Assembly: GCA_965637545.1 (NCBI GenBank)
Contig: OZ281500.1
Location: forward strand, 620,001-684,000
Reading direction: 5' to 3'
DNA length: 64,000 nucleotides
Source of the DNA: Phallusia mammillata
Lineage: Eukaryota
This document shows positions 24,455 to 36,799 of this stretch, piece by piece (the stretch's first letter is position 1; every line of letters begins with the position of its first letter). A model generated the notes under the pieces. It did not search any database and was not told where the DNA came from. It saw only the letters and a program-made list of their open reading frames with translations. The position numbers were made by a program, and so were the translations under genes.

Positions 24455-26880
24455 CCTGACAGCTAATAGTCAGAAAACTGGCGTCACACACGTCCACAAA
24501 ATTAAATACAACACTAAAACGTTTAAAATTATTCCTTGCCCTTGTCTGCTAAAGGAAAACTCTCTTTATTTTGGCATACACAACACAGCAAAGCTTCATT
24601 GCAAATTTTCCGTAATATAATACGGTTTTTAGCACGTGTGGCGACTGGCGACATGGATTGCAATTGAGAATTCGATTCGATATTCCCCGAAAGGGAGTTC
24701 TAAAATTTAATAATCAGGATTTCTATATTGGCCGATTGAAGATTGCACATTTGATCTTTTTAAAGAAAGATTTTAGGTTTCGAGAACCGACTGAACCGTA
24801 TATAATTTTAGTATTTGTTAAAAGTGTCAGGAATTCGGCCCACTCAGCCATGGTAACCCTACTACAGGCCTGAAGTGATTGCGTGCCATTTAATGTAAAA
24901 GCGAGTCCATAGATTGCAAAGTAGACATGGCACAGTAATTTTACATGTTGTAATGTAGTATTAAATTATGATGTTCTTCTTAGAAATAAAAATGCTGTAC
25001 TATGAAAGAACTTACACGCTTGGTTGATTTAGTAATTGCTTGAGCGGAAAATAACACGCTCGGCTGATTTCTAAAACTTTCTGGCGCTATTCTCTGCTGT
25101 AAACTTACAAACTTTGCCATGAAGTTGCGAGTTATATACGTTTGTAGCTGTGGGAAATAGGCGAAAGTTAGGCCCAGTTTTTTGGTGACTTTTGTTTATA
25201 GGAATGACATCTATGGTTTTTAGTTTGTTTAGCCTGGTAAAAAAGAGGGTCTGTGCCTCCACCCGATCCGTCTGGAAGTCCCCGATTAAAATCGGCTGTG
25301 TTGAGTTGAGTTGAGTTTATTTCGCTTGGTGAAAGACAACATAGCAACACAATTGCACTAAAACAATCACCAAGCCGGAAATAGCTGCGCAACGTTAAAA
25401 CGTTATGAAGCGCAAAAAAGTGTCGGGCACAATTGGTGGAAAGTGGTACAACGCGCTGCAGCTACACCGTATTATAAGGCGTTATATGTCGGGTGCTCAC
25501 AAGAAAGTGAGTGTGGCGCAAAATGAGTATAACACGACTGGGGGGGAAACGATGTTGGGACCAGTCGCGGGGGCCCTAGAATCTAACCACCCGTGTTAGG
25601 GAAAGAGGGTGGGGTTCGACAGGAAAAGAAACCACCGAAAGAAACCCTGCCGGATAGTTTCAAGCGCCGGAAGGAAGAACACACAACAAATCCCTAGTCG
25701 CCATTAATAGTTAACCTTGGACTCACTTGCAGTTAAAATTATTGATGAGTATTTTGGCAGTTGATTTAGTCATTTAAAATAAATAAGGATATTAGTTTAT
25801 ACACGTCCAAAGAAGTACAAAAATAAATAATAATAATAGTAATAATAAAGCATAAACAATAAACCCAAAAGAAGAAAAAACACACAAAAAAAGAACAAAC
25901 AGCAATGAAATATTGCAATGAATAATTCAAATTTGAATAGCTCGTTGTCAGCACAGCCGTTTTCTATGAAGACAGAAGGATGGTTTAATCTATGATAGTC
26001 CTGCAACAACAAACAAACAGCAGCAGTTAACTGGTTCCAGGACAAAGGCAATGCAATAATTAGCAACACAAGTACAAGACTACACCACTTCAAGTAGAAA
26101 ATGTTTTCGTGAAAACAACTTGTGTTCGGTAAAAAAAAAATAACATTCAGAAGTTTGTGCTAGTATAAATAAGAACACTGCAAGCGTGCGGGTGAGAGTA
26201 GTTTAACTTAATCAGGACTGTACAAAAGGTGGCAATCGTGAAAAAGACTTACGCAGAATAATGCGTTTCTTATCGGGCGGGATTAGAATCTTTAGAACCT
26301 ATGTTATAACACAGCCCGATTGCGGACGGTTTTATCGGTAATGGCAGTGGAGCATTAAATTTGTTTTTTTATTGGCAAATAGTATTTTTGCTGTGATAAT
26401 AATCGCAGGTAAATTGGGTTTTATGTCAAAATGGCAGTTAATTGTAAAACAGCAAGACAAAAACAAATGCATTTTAAGCTGTGAAATGAATATGTTAAAC
26501 ACTAAAATGAGCCAAGAATCAAGATTGAAGTACCTGATTGGCATCAAGCTTCTGGCAATGAAGCAATGCAAAGAGACCTTTCAGTGAGAAGAATTTCAAG
26601 TTCTTACCTTTATACACTGGCCCAATGCTGAACATACGTACTCAGTATGTATTTAAACAGCTATCTATGTATTAATTTTTTGTGACGTTGTAGAAATGTT
26701 ACCTCAGCTTATAGGATTTTCCTTTTGTTTGTCAAAAACCTAAAACTAATGTAAGCAATCACCTTGACAAAACCGGCGTAATATTGCATCATTTATTTGA
26801 CAAGGACACTTCAAAACAACTTTGTTCGTACAGAAAAAATCACATAAACTTATCACCAAATATTAAACCAGCAAACTCCG

Positions 26881-27240
26881 TCACTTTGAGCTGGTGTATT
26901 TCGTCACAGCTTTCGTTCCTTCAGATACTGCGTGTTTTGCAAGTTCGCCAGGTAGCAGAAGTCGGACAGCGGTTTGGATCTCTCTACTACTGATAGTTGA
27001 TCGCTTGTTGTAATTTGCGAGTCGAGAAGCTTCGCTGGCAATCCGCTCAAAAATGTCGTTCACAAACGAGTTCATAATACTCATCGCTTTACTCGATATT
27101 CCAGTGTCTGGATGGACTTGCTTCAGAACTTTGTAGACATAAATCGCAAAGCTTTCTTTTCTCCTTCGTTTTTGTTTCTTCACCTTTTCCACTGGAGTTG
27201 ATTTCTTGACAGCCTTCTTTGTGCCTTTTCCTGCTACCAT
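26881..27240 (-). CDS. H2B: Histone H2B, intronless, solitary
   Basis: ATG at 27240, 119 aa. Canonical core [47 protein letters not shown]...[22 protein letters not shown] with a divergent N-terminal tail. Confidence 0.97.
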   Translation of the reverse strand: MVAGKGTKKAVKKSTPVEKVKKQKRRRKESFAIYVYKVLKQVHPDTGISSKAMSIMNSFVNDIFERIASEASRLANYNKRSTISSREIQTAVRLLLPGELAKHAVSEGTKAVTKYTSSK

Positions 27241-27562
27241 TGTGCTTTTGTTTCGTGTTAAACAAAAATAATCTGCATCCACTGCCAAGAAAACAAAATA
27301 AGGACTGCCAAGCTAAGGCAGCTGTGCGAACTACCCGAATACCCTCAAGGCCAATTAACTCCTGCGCCTAATTCAACACATATTTGTGCGTTTGAAGGAA
27401 GTTCCAGTTTTTATTTTTCTACTGGGGTGCTGTATGTGTGGAAGAACTCTTGCCACTTCATTTGTACGTATTGCAGTTTTACCAACATCCAAGCTTAGGG
27501 CGGTATTACATCAAACCTTAGTGAACTTGAAAGTTATTAATGCTTAAACCCGAATCAAGTTT

Positions 27563-27659
27563 TATAACAAGATTTTGTTGTCAAGTTTAATATAGTTTCG
27601 CAGATATCAAAGGAAGTTAATTGTAACAAACGAAACGAAAAGTATCGCATGTCTGGCAA
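27563..27659. repeat. ~97-bp dispersed repeat (second copy 29819-29915 in GPCR-1 intron 2)
   Basis: TATAACAAGATTTT.TTGTCAAGTTTAAT...CAGATATCAAA.GAAGTTAATTGTAACAAACGAAAC..AAAGTATCGCAT.TCTGGCAA is present at both loci. Confidence 0.75.
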
Positions 27660-28806
27660 GAGCAGCTTAATAGCGGTGTCCATGCAATAACATGCAAACT
27701 TACAGGAACCGCCAATTTTCGTCTGAGTTTACAAAGATACCCCATACGAATCGCTTAGCTGCCAAGTGATGCTTGTGCAGATAAATTTTGTTGAGCCCAG
27801 TTTCAGACAGTTGGTTTAAAGTCGTAGAAATGATTTAATTGGCATTTTTTGCTCTTGGGTGATTAAATGTTCGGTAAAACTAGCCGGAAGTAAGTTTGTG
27901 ACGTAGGTTATAAATTTTTTTCGCACGATTGGGGGTAACGAATTTCTAACATGTTGTTGTTTTTCCAGCACGATTTGTTGTTTGCGAAAGCTGCAGATTT
28001 TTTGACACACTTTTCTTCAGGTTTCGCTAATCCACGCAAATGTAATGTTTTAAGGCACAAGTTGAAACTTTTCTTTACACCTCAAACTGTTTGAAATTTG
28101 CTTTGGGGTGAATACGATGTTTTCTAAAAATAAAAGTAAAAAATAATTAAAATTGCCTTAGTAGTTCTTAGCAAAAGACCTTGCCAAAAACTACAACAAC
28201 TAAATAAATGTGGTCGGTTAAAGTAAACTATAAGGGACACGAATAAGGGGATTCAGAAAAAAGTAGAAATATAGGAAAGGATATGTCAACCATTGTTCCA
28301 AACAAACAAATAGGAACAAAGAAAAGTTTACCCCTCAGTAATTGGAAACTTAAATTGTTTAGGTCAAGCTGTTTACAAATGCTGGCACTTTGTACAAAAA
28401 CGTCTTTTAATTCAAACCGGGGTTCAAAACATTTGTGCGAATTGTTGAGTTGGCCAAACGACACGAATTAATACGTGCATTGTTAACTAGCACGCAAACG
28501 ATTTCTCGGTAAACTTTTGCTTTACCGCTGCTTCGAGACTTGCTTCTCAGTTACGTGATGTTTTTTATTCAGTGTCGCGGCACAAGATGGCACAGTTTTT
28601 AACTTACGCATTTTAAACTTGGTAGTAGATGGTTCGGTCTCTTGGAGAAACTTGATTTTTACTTCGGTGAAAAAGAAAAACATCTGTATTTGTGAGGGAG
28701 TACTGAAAATTGGTTTGTTATTTTGTTTATGCCAAACTTTCGAACGTTCAAGTCGGTTAAAAAGACTAGAAAAGTTATAATTTCACATTTGGATGCAGGC
28801 AACAGC

Positions 28807-31492
28807 ATGAAGTCTTGCTTAGGTTTGATATTTGTTGCATTGATTTCGACGGTGACTCGTGTCACCTGTCAAAATGCCAGCGTACCTGTCAGTGTCACAG
28901 ATGCCAGCACAGAAGGTGCCACCAAACATCTCTGTCCGAGTATTTACAAAAATATCTACGACTTTGGCGGGCAGAATTGCTGCAAAGAAACATACGAAAC
29001 CTTCATAACCAGCTACAATTACCTGGAGGGAATTGGGTTTGCGTTTACCATGGAGAAATTGCGAGCGTGGAACTGTAGTGAATATTGGGAGCAATGTAAA
29101 TACAGACCACTGGCATTTAACCAGTTCAGCTCTCTTCTGTACGACCGGTTCTGCAACTTCACATTATACGAGAGCAAGTGTTTTGACGAAATAAAAGGTT
29201 GGTCTGGTTAAAGTGGCTGTAATTGTTGTTTGTTAAACATGTTTTCTGTCCCGTGCGTTAAAGTTTGTTCAATATGACCGAAAAAGTTGAAAGTAGCGGT
29301 AATACTTATACTTTAAGCGTGAAACTAGATTCTCCCAACTCCTTGCTTGGCAGGTGGTGACTTTAATGAACCGTATGTTTTTATATCAAGTTTATAAAAA
29401 AACAATAATTCATTTATCCTTTAGATTCCTTTAGAATGTAGCGGTAGTTACAATATTAAATGGCTGATGTTTAATATGGCGAAAAACACGGGACAAGCGT
29501 TTTTCGAAGCTCATGTATTTTACAGCATTGGGGAATAATGTGGAAACATCGGTAGCGGTGAAATCCCCGTGTCTGCAAGTCGCTGCGTATCAAACCGGTC
29601 GCAAATACGCTGAGGTCAGACGACTTTCGGTCGCTTTCTGCGGAACCGTTTGGTGCGGGTTTGACGAGAAAATGATGATTGATTTGGATTATTCCGCCTG
29701 GGATTGCTATCCAACCTCGTGAGTAATGCGATGTTGTCATAATTCTATTTTTGTTAAAATTTTGCAACAGTGCACCGTTGCCTGCAGCAAATAAAAATTA
29801 ACAAACGCGAAACGTACCTATAACAAGATTTTATTGTCAAGTTTAATAAAGTTTCACAGATATCAAAAGAAGTTAATTGTAACAAACGAAACAGAAAGTA
29901 TCGCATATCTGGCAAAATCGTTAAATTGCCAAGTAATTTATGTAAAAGCATGGAGCCAATAAATGATAAGCTGCAAACAGTGCACACTGTTTCGACCTAT
30001 AAGGTCTCATCAGTGCAGCTGGTGACGAGAGATCGGCCGCATTGGCTAGTGTAGCCATCAAATGGCACTCCAATTTGTGGTGAGCAACAGGGTACAACCC
30101 CATGCATCACCTAGTCTGTGCGATGCCACAACTGGGCATAGGCTACAGCACAGATGAAACTGGCTCACAAGTCACAATGACCAAGCAACTGCTTGGGAAC
30201 CAGCTGCACTGATGAGACCTTATATGTCGAAACAGTGTGCACTGTCTGCAAAGTAATTGTTTGGCACTTAGACATTAATCGAAACCTTCAAGTTTCTTAG
30301 AAATTGATAATCTCGGGTTGTTTCCAGATGTCAAGTCAGCACGATTGTGATTATGGCAATCAGTGGGATCCTAGCAGTCGTGACAACGTTGGCGAATGCA
30401 ACGATATTGGCTGTTATTACCCGAAACCCCAAGTTCAAAGGAGGTCATATGAAGTACAGACAGTCTCTTGCCGTTGCTGATCTGCTCGTTGGGATTTTTG
30501 TATTTCCCTCATTCATAGGAACGCTGTACTACAACGAAATCGGTCCGCTGTCAGTCTTGCCTGACTTAGTGACCTCCAACGTGTCACGGTATAACCAAAC
30601 TGACATGGGATTAGAACCCGGTGCGCCAATGAGCTACATCAACTTCGTAGGATTTGTGACCTGTCTGTCACTTATGGTGTCAGTTTACACTTTGATGTTC
30701 GCAAGCTTCGACAGATACAACGCTATCAGCTCTCCGCTTTCCTACTCTAGAGACACATCAGTACGTCGTGCCAAGCAACTGATCGTGGTGGTCTGGATCA
30801 TCTCCGCTGTTGTTTCTATCCTGCCCATCTGGACGCCGAATGTCCGACCTTACTTGCCGATAGTTGGAGGTTTAATTATCGGTGTGACACCCGAAGTGGG
30901 CGCCATCTTGTACGCGGTAACTCTCGCCCTTCCGCTCCTACTGGTCTGGATATTAAGCATCGCCACCATGTGCGTTGCTAGGCGACAAGCGCGACTCCGG
31001 AGTTCGATGGTTTCACGACAAGCCACGGGAAAAGCGAGCGTGGAGAGTCGCCTCAACAAGACTCTGTGGATCATGGTGACAGCATTTACCCTCAGCGTTC
31101 TGCCTGCTGCCCTTCTCAGCATGTTAAGCGGGGTCGGTCAAATCAGCTTCAACTACCCCGAAACACTGGACAAGGATGCCGCTTATGTCTTCACAGGTTT
31201 AGAGGTGGTCGCGGCGATGCTTCTGATGTGTAATAGTCTGTGGAATTGCTTCATCTACAGTTTGCGTAACAAGGACTTCAGGGCTGAAGTTTTGTCAAAG
31301 TACAGCAAAGTTTTCTCAGCATTTCGCTACATGGTTGTGTGTTCATGTTGTGGGTCTGTGGCGAGGGACGGAAGACGGAGGCTCAGCTCGGCCTTCACCA
31401 GTTTCAGACCGAGACAACGTAACAGAACCATTTCCGAGAACGTTACTCAACTGACATCTGTTGGAACCACCAAAGGACCGAGGAACACGTAG
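28807..31492 (+). CDS. GPCR-1: 12-Cys ectodomain + class A (rhodopsin-like) 7TM receptor, 3 exons
   Basis: Exons 28807-29197, 29526-29718, 30328-31492 (phases 1 and 2). Signal peptide MKSCLGLIFVALISTVTRVTC; 12 Cys; SLAVADLLVG (TM2), SFDRY (TM3), MCNSLWNCFIYSLRNKDFR (TM7/H8). Confidence 0.85.
29972..30250. mobile_element. MITE with ~50-bp TIRs in GPCR-1 intron 2
   Basis: TGCAAACAGTGCACACTGTTTCGACCTATAAGGTCTCATCAGTGCAGCT is mirrored by AGCTGCACTGATGAGACCTTATATGTCGAAACAGTGTGCACTGTCTGCA. Confidence 0.85.
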
Positions 31493-31931
31493 ATATTACG
31501 TAGCTGGAAAATGTTGGTTACGCTGTCAGCCATGCAGTTTGTGTATTACGTCATAATCAGGAATTGTTCTTTAGGTTTCACTAACGCTAAGCAAAAACGA
31601 GATCTGTACTTTACAATTCTTAATTTTATTCATTCATTACAAAATGCAGGAAAAATATACATTACATTTGCGATACAGTTTCTGTCACATTTTCTCGTCA
31701 TGGCACAAGGTTTTGTAAAAATGAAACAAAATATTATCAGTTTTTTGTTTCCATCAGTTAATATTTCAAATTGACATCATTACGCTACTTTATGCTCAAA
31801 AAGACTGTCATGTTTTCACGTTTACGTAACAAATCAGAAACCTTTCTGTGACATTTTCGCGATGTGAAGATCACTTTACAAGTCGAGCACAAGTAATTTG
31901 GTATTAGTGATTGCTCAACACGACCCTATTT

Positions 31932-32044
31932 GTCACGTGGTTCACACTAGGCGGGTTATGTCACGTGATTTAACACTTGGGTGGTCGTGTCACGTGATTT
32001 ATCACTTGGGTGGTCGTGTCACGTGATTTACCGCTTGGGTGGTG
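31932..32044. repeat. 28-29-bp tandem repeat x4, each unit carrying CACGTG
   Basis: GTCACGTG starts at 31932, 31960, 31989 and 32018; unit GTCACGTGATTTA.CACTTGGGTGGTCGT. Confidence 0.85.
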
Positions 32045-32329
32045 AAGACTATGCTCAGTGTACATGGGAAAATACAGGTTCGACATTAATATGTGTCGGT
32101 TTGACAATCGATGTAATTTGTGTGGGAAATATGGTTGACGCAATTACACAGGACAATATTACAAACAAAATAGGAAGACGTTCTGTTTCGTTACCTCTCT
32201 TGTTTTCGTTTTTCCATTTAAAATAAATACGTTGTACATGTGTGGCATAGGAAAAAACACAGGAGAGAATTCCTTGCGCCCTTTCAGCTTAGCATAACAA
32301 CTACATTAGCTTGTAGTGAGTGTGATGCT

Positions 32330-34469
32330 TTAAACTTCATTTTCCTCAGCGATTCCCTCCATGGTTGAAACGAACAACCGATCAGCATTAACATCGATCA
32401 CATAAGAATCGAACACTGAATCTGCCATCGCACTTTCCGACTTGTCGCTCAATTGTGCTGACTCATTATTAGTCGGCAATTTCGTGTTGGAATTCACATC
32501 GGAAGTAGTTGGAACGTTTTCGCTGAAGCCTTTGCTCGACTTGCTTTTAGATTCGGTCTCAGTACTTGCGCTGGTCAGGCGTGATTTATTTGAAGAAATC
32601 CCGCTGACTTTGGTGCTCTGTGCGTTGAACTGGGTACTTTCACGACGCAGCTGGTTAAGACGACTCCTTGTCGAATGAAAGTTTTTACGGATGTAGCCGA
32701 GACATTGTGTTATTCCCATTTTTGCCGCCAGTTCGCTGTACATGTCGTGCACTTCACCACGAAAATCCTTGTTCCTTGTGTTGTAGATGAATACGTTCCA
32801 CAGGCTGTTCGAGACTAAAATCACCACGGCAACAAACTCAGATGACGCAAACACCAACGCCGATGTTAAATCCAGCTGTCTGGGTTGAGAAAATTGAGTT
32901 TTCGGTAATCCTGAAAATGAAGCAGCGAGTACGACGATTGAAGGCAGCAAACATGCAGTGAATACTCCGACCATGATTGTCAGGGTTTTTGCGAGTCGAG
33001 CTTCAAGGTTTTCGTTACGTCTGCGGGACCTCGATGAAATATGTCTGCGGACCCGCGCGTGTTGCTTCGCCATCATATAAGTAGCAACTGTGGACGTCCA
33101 AACCAATAGAAAGGGAATGAACAATGCAAGTGCGTACATTATAACCGCTTCTTGTCCGGCTGAGCTGATGAGCACAGAAGCAACGAGGTTGTATTCAACC
33201 TGGGGCACGAAGAGTGGAAGACTTGCAAACAAGAAAGCAACCACCCAAATAACCACACAGAGAATACGAGCAAGTTTCTCAGCCTCGTGTTGGTTGTACT
33301 TCAACGGTTTAAAAACTGCCCTGAATCGGTCGATGCTTGCCACCATTAAAGTGTAAACTGAAACTACAAACGATGTGAGAGTAAAGAAGCCAACGAAGTC
33401 AATGTAACTGTATGAGATATGCTTGACGAAATCACCCGTCTGTTTGCGAATGGATATGTTAGTTGATGCGTTCACGTTTATACTTCCGTTGACAAGTGGG
33501 AATCCAATCACTTTCGTATCCACAGCTGCTTCGACTGACGGCCACACGAGCACTCCAAGTGTACTAATGCAAGTTGGAACAACTATCACACCAACGATGA
33601 GGTCAGCACAGGCCAATGACAGCTTGTAAACGGACTGGCTGTTCCGGAGTTTTTTGTTGCGACGAAATACTCCAATCACTGTGACGTTGGCTGTTATGAT
33701 GGCGATGGACAGGATGATTAACCCGATGAAAATGATAACAATGTTGGCACGGCATCTGTAAATGCAAAACAAATGTGTCTATATTTGTACTTTAATTGTA
33801 GGAATTTTTCGCAAGTGAGGTAGTATACCTAGCGCTCAAGCAGTTCCAGATGTCAATCACGCCGTTCCGGTATGACGCGTCATCCGTTCCGCACCAGTTG
33901 AGTTCACAGAAAGGCAAATTCGGTGCGACAGCCTCGTGATATTTGCCAAACTTATCATCGGATCTTTCCTTCTCGAACAAGGCGAGTTGAGTGCAGGGTC
34001 GCAAAAGTTGCTCGGTGTTAAGACGTGACGAGTCGAGCTGACCAACCATCGCTTGCCACGTCAACGAACTCACAGACTGTGGAAGAAGACGTGACACTTC
34101 GCTCCGACATGAACTTTCAAACTCTATTTGGTTGCAAAAGTACAGATAAACTGTTTTTGCAAACGGATTGAAATCGAAAGTCGGGTTTCTGCATTCGTTG
34201 GCGAACTGTGGACATTGCCACGATTTTAACATGAGCATGTACGTCGTAAGGTAGGATGCTCCATTTCGCCATTGAAACATCATCCAATCTTCCGATATAT
34301 TGCAGCAGTATAGTTGGTACGCCCTATTGCCCGGCAAATAACCAGGAGCAAAACCGCAATCCACCTCTGCTATACTTTGCAACGTATCCTGGCCATGACT
34401 TGTACTAACCATACAGATCAGGAAAATGGCCACAGCGATTAATAGGGAACTTCTAAATCCTGCTAGCAT
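32330..34469 (-). CDS. GPCR-2: 12-Cys ectodomain + class A 7TM, 2 exons
   Basis: Exons 34469-33829 and 33755-32330, with a 73-nt phase-2 intron (AG|gtatac...tttacag|A TGC). SIDRF; VSNSLWNVFIYNTRNKDFR; long Ser/Thr tail ending FDSYVIDVNADRLFVSTME. Confidence 0.92.
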
Positions 34470-35939
34470 TTTTGCTTATTGAAAATCTGAAAAAAGTAAA
34501 ACTGGTTTTAATAAACACAAACTTTTACAGCAAATTTTCTCCACCTTTTTGTGTTTTCCCGATGTGAGTAGAACATGCTTAAGCAAAGCTACCTTTAATC
34601 TGGGTGTCATTACAAATTAGTTCAGTGTGCAGAAAAAGAAAAAAAAATGCTTTAAAATAAACAATAGTTTTCGTGGGCCGTAGTAGAACAACAGAGATAA
34701 CGTCACAACCCTTACATCCCGGAAAGGAAGCGGAAGTTGTTATGTCACGTTGTATAAAGGTGGGCAACGTCACACAAAACCTGAAAGTTTCTTTGCCCTG
34801 TCTCAAAACTGATTTAAGGCGCTAAGAATATCGTGCGCCTGTGTATGTCGCCTTGTGATGATGACCTTTGATTTATCAAGTTAACCTTTTCCCTTTTTTG
34901 CTTCTCACAACGTCATAACATTTCATACTCGAAATGATTTTATTGCAATGATGTCCTTGTGATATTCATTGCTGAACAAACTAAACCCAACCCTACCTTG
35001 GCAGATAAATAGAATTTCAAATTTCGAAATGTCCTTTCGTCCGTCCAATATTTCATTCTATACCCAAATAATAGAAGTAGGGCTTCGTACCGTCTAATAT
35101 AAGGTATAATATAATGAGGCCTATGTGTTCCGAGAAAGTTATAAGAGTCACGTTATTGCGAACGGGTTAAAACTTTCCGTTTTCATCTCTTTTCTGGTTC
35201 GAGTAACATCACGGGGTTCGCAGAGCAGACCCTTCGTCGTCTCACGCCCCCGGTTCGACAGTCGGTCATAAAGAATCATACAGGGCACTTGTGCTAAACA
35301 TAAACTGGCACGATAATGCTAAAAACATATTGCTTAAGAAGATGGAAGTAGACTGCCAGGAAATTGTGATCGGTTTAACTCAATTATCATTTTAGTTTTT
35401 ATTGGTAGTGCTAAGAACCTGATGTTAGTCATTCCTTTTTAAGGACATTATTTTGCGAAATTAAAACTGGATAAAGTATTGAAAAGAGCACTAGCTGCAA
35501 AACGCGCAAACTCTGGTTATTGTCGGCATTCTGTAAGCATTTTCATTCAGCACGACGTGGAGAAGTCTAGTTTTGCGGCGGGATTCGAACCCCGGCTGGA
35601 AAAACCTGCGGTTTGTTAAAAAAATATTGGCCCTTTCATCACAACACACGCACTTTGAAAATTAATTTACCGTGTCAGCAGTGCTGGATTAACCTATAAG
35701 CAATATAAGCACGTGATTAGGGCATCAAGTAAAGAAGGGGCACCACAGAAATGGTTTCTAGGTAAATTATTGAATCTAACAAAAAACTACAACTATATTC
35801 AAAATGTAATGAAATGAATAAGTTCTGTTTATAAAGCGAGAAAATGGAATAAAATAACTGACAAAAGGGATTGATTGCGTGCTATATGACGTAACAACGT
35901 TGTGTTGTTCTGTTTGTTAAAACCTGAAACAGTCAAGAC

Positions 35940-36219
35940 TCATGGGTGCCCAACCCGTCGATCGCGATCGACTGGTCGATCTCGGACTGATATCTTTGTG
36001 CTGGTACTTTTTCTATGATCAAGATTAGCATCGGATGAATTATAAAAAAATTAGGTTCAATGCAGTGTAAAAAGTCACACCCAAACCACGATAAAAAACG
36101 TAAAACAGGGCTCGGAAAATGCGAGTTTTCCTTTGGTAATACACACATTGGAATGGTAAATCCCGAGAGTTGGACTACCCCAAACGTCGATCTTGAGTCA
36201 AAAAGATTGGGCACCCCTG
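35940..36219. mobile_element. Nested hAT-type MITE
   Basis: TIRs CATGGGTGCCCAA / TTGGGCACCCCTG; GTCAAGAC duplicated at 35932-35939 and 36220-36227; GTCGATC subterminal repeats. Confidence 0.85.
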
Positions 36220-36250
36220 GTCAAGACAGTAAGGAAATGAATGCTTAGTT

Positions 36251-36799
36251 CAGTGGTTCTTAACCGGTGGGAAATTTCCCACTAGTGGGAAATTTAATGT
36301 TTTTAGAGGGAAATTATGTGAGTCAGAAGTCACCAAACTCGGGCCCGTGGGTTGAAATTAACCGTTGAAAATTAATTTAATACAATATTTTCCGCAACAA
36401 CATGTAAGATTAAGATCACCTAGTTTTACAAGGCGCATAAAAATCCAAAAATCGTTTGTTACGTCACAGAAGTTACTAAAAGTATCAATGACTTTGTTAT
36501 TGTTCGCGAATATATGCATTTGATCTGTTGATTATGATGCAATAAATGACTAACGCAAGCATATGAGATTTTTCAAAATTCCACACGATTTTACTTTCTC
36601 ATGACTATTCAACTCAATAAGATTGCAGTATACCTTTAAGGTCCCAACCAAATCGCTTCGCTTCAAGTATTTCGATTAAACAATAACTTTTTTGTTAATG
36701 TTGGGCACAAAACATCATTATAAAAATAACAGCGGGGGAAATTCGAACTTGATGATTTACTTCAGTGGGAAACCACACAAAAAAGGTTAAGAACCACTG
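36251..36799. mobile_element. Nested hAT-type MITE
   Basis: Perfect TIRs CAGTGGTTCTTAACC / GGTTAAGAACCACTG; exact TSD GCTTAGTT at 36243-36250 and 36800-36807; GGGAAAT(T) subterminal repeats. Confidence 0.92.

Noticed and set aside
35580-35593. tRNA B-box-like GGTTCGAATCCC on the minus strand
   Set aside because: There is no A-box or cloverleaf around it; at most a SINE remnant.
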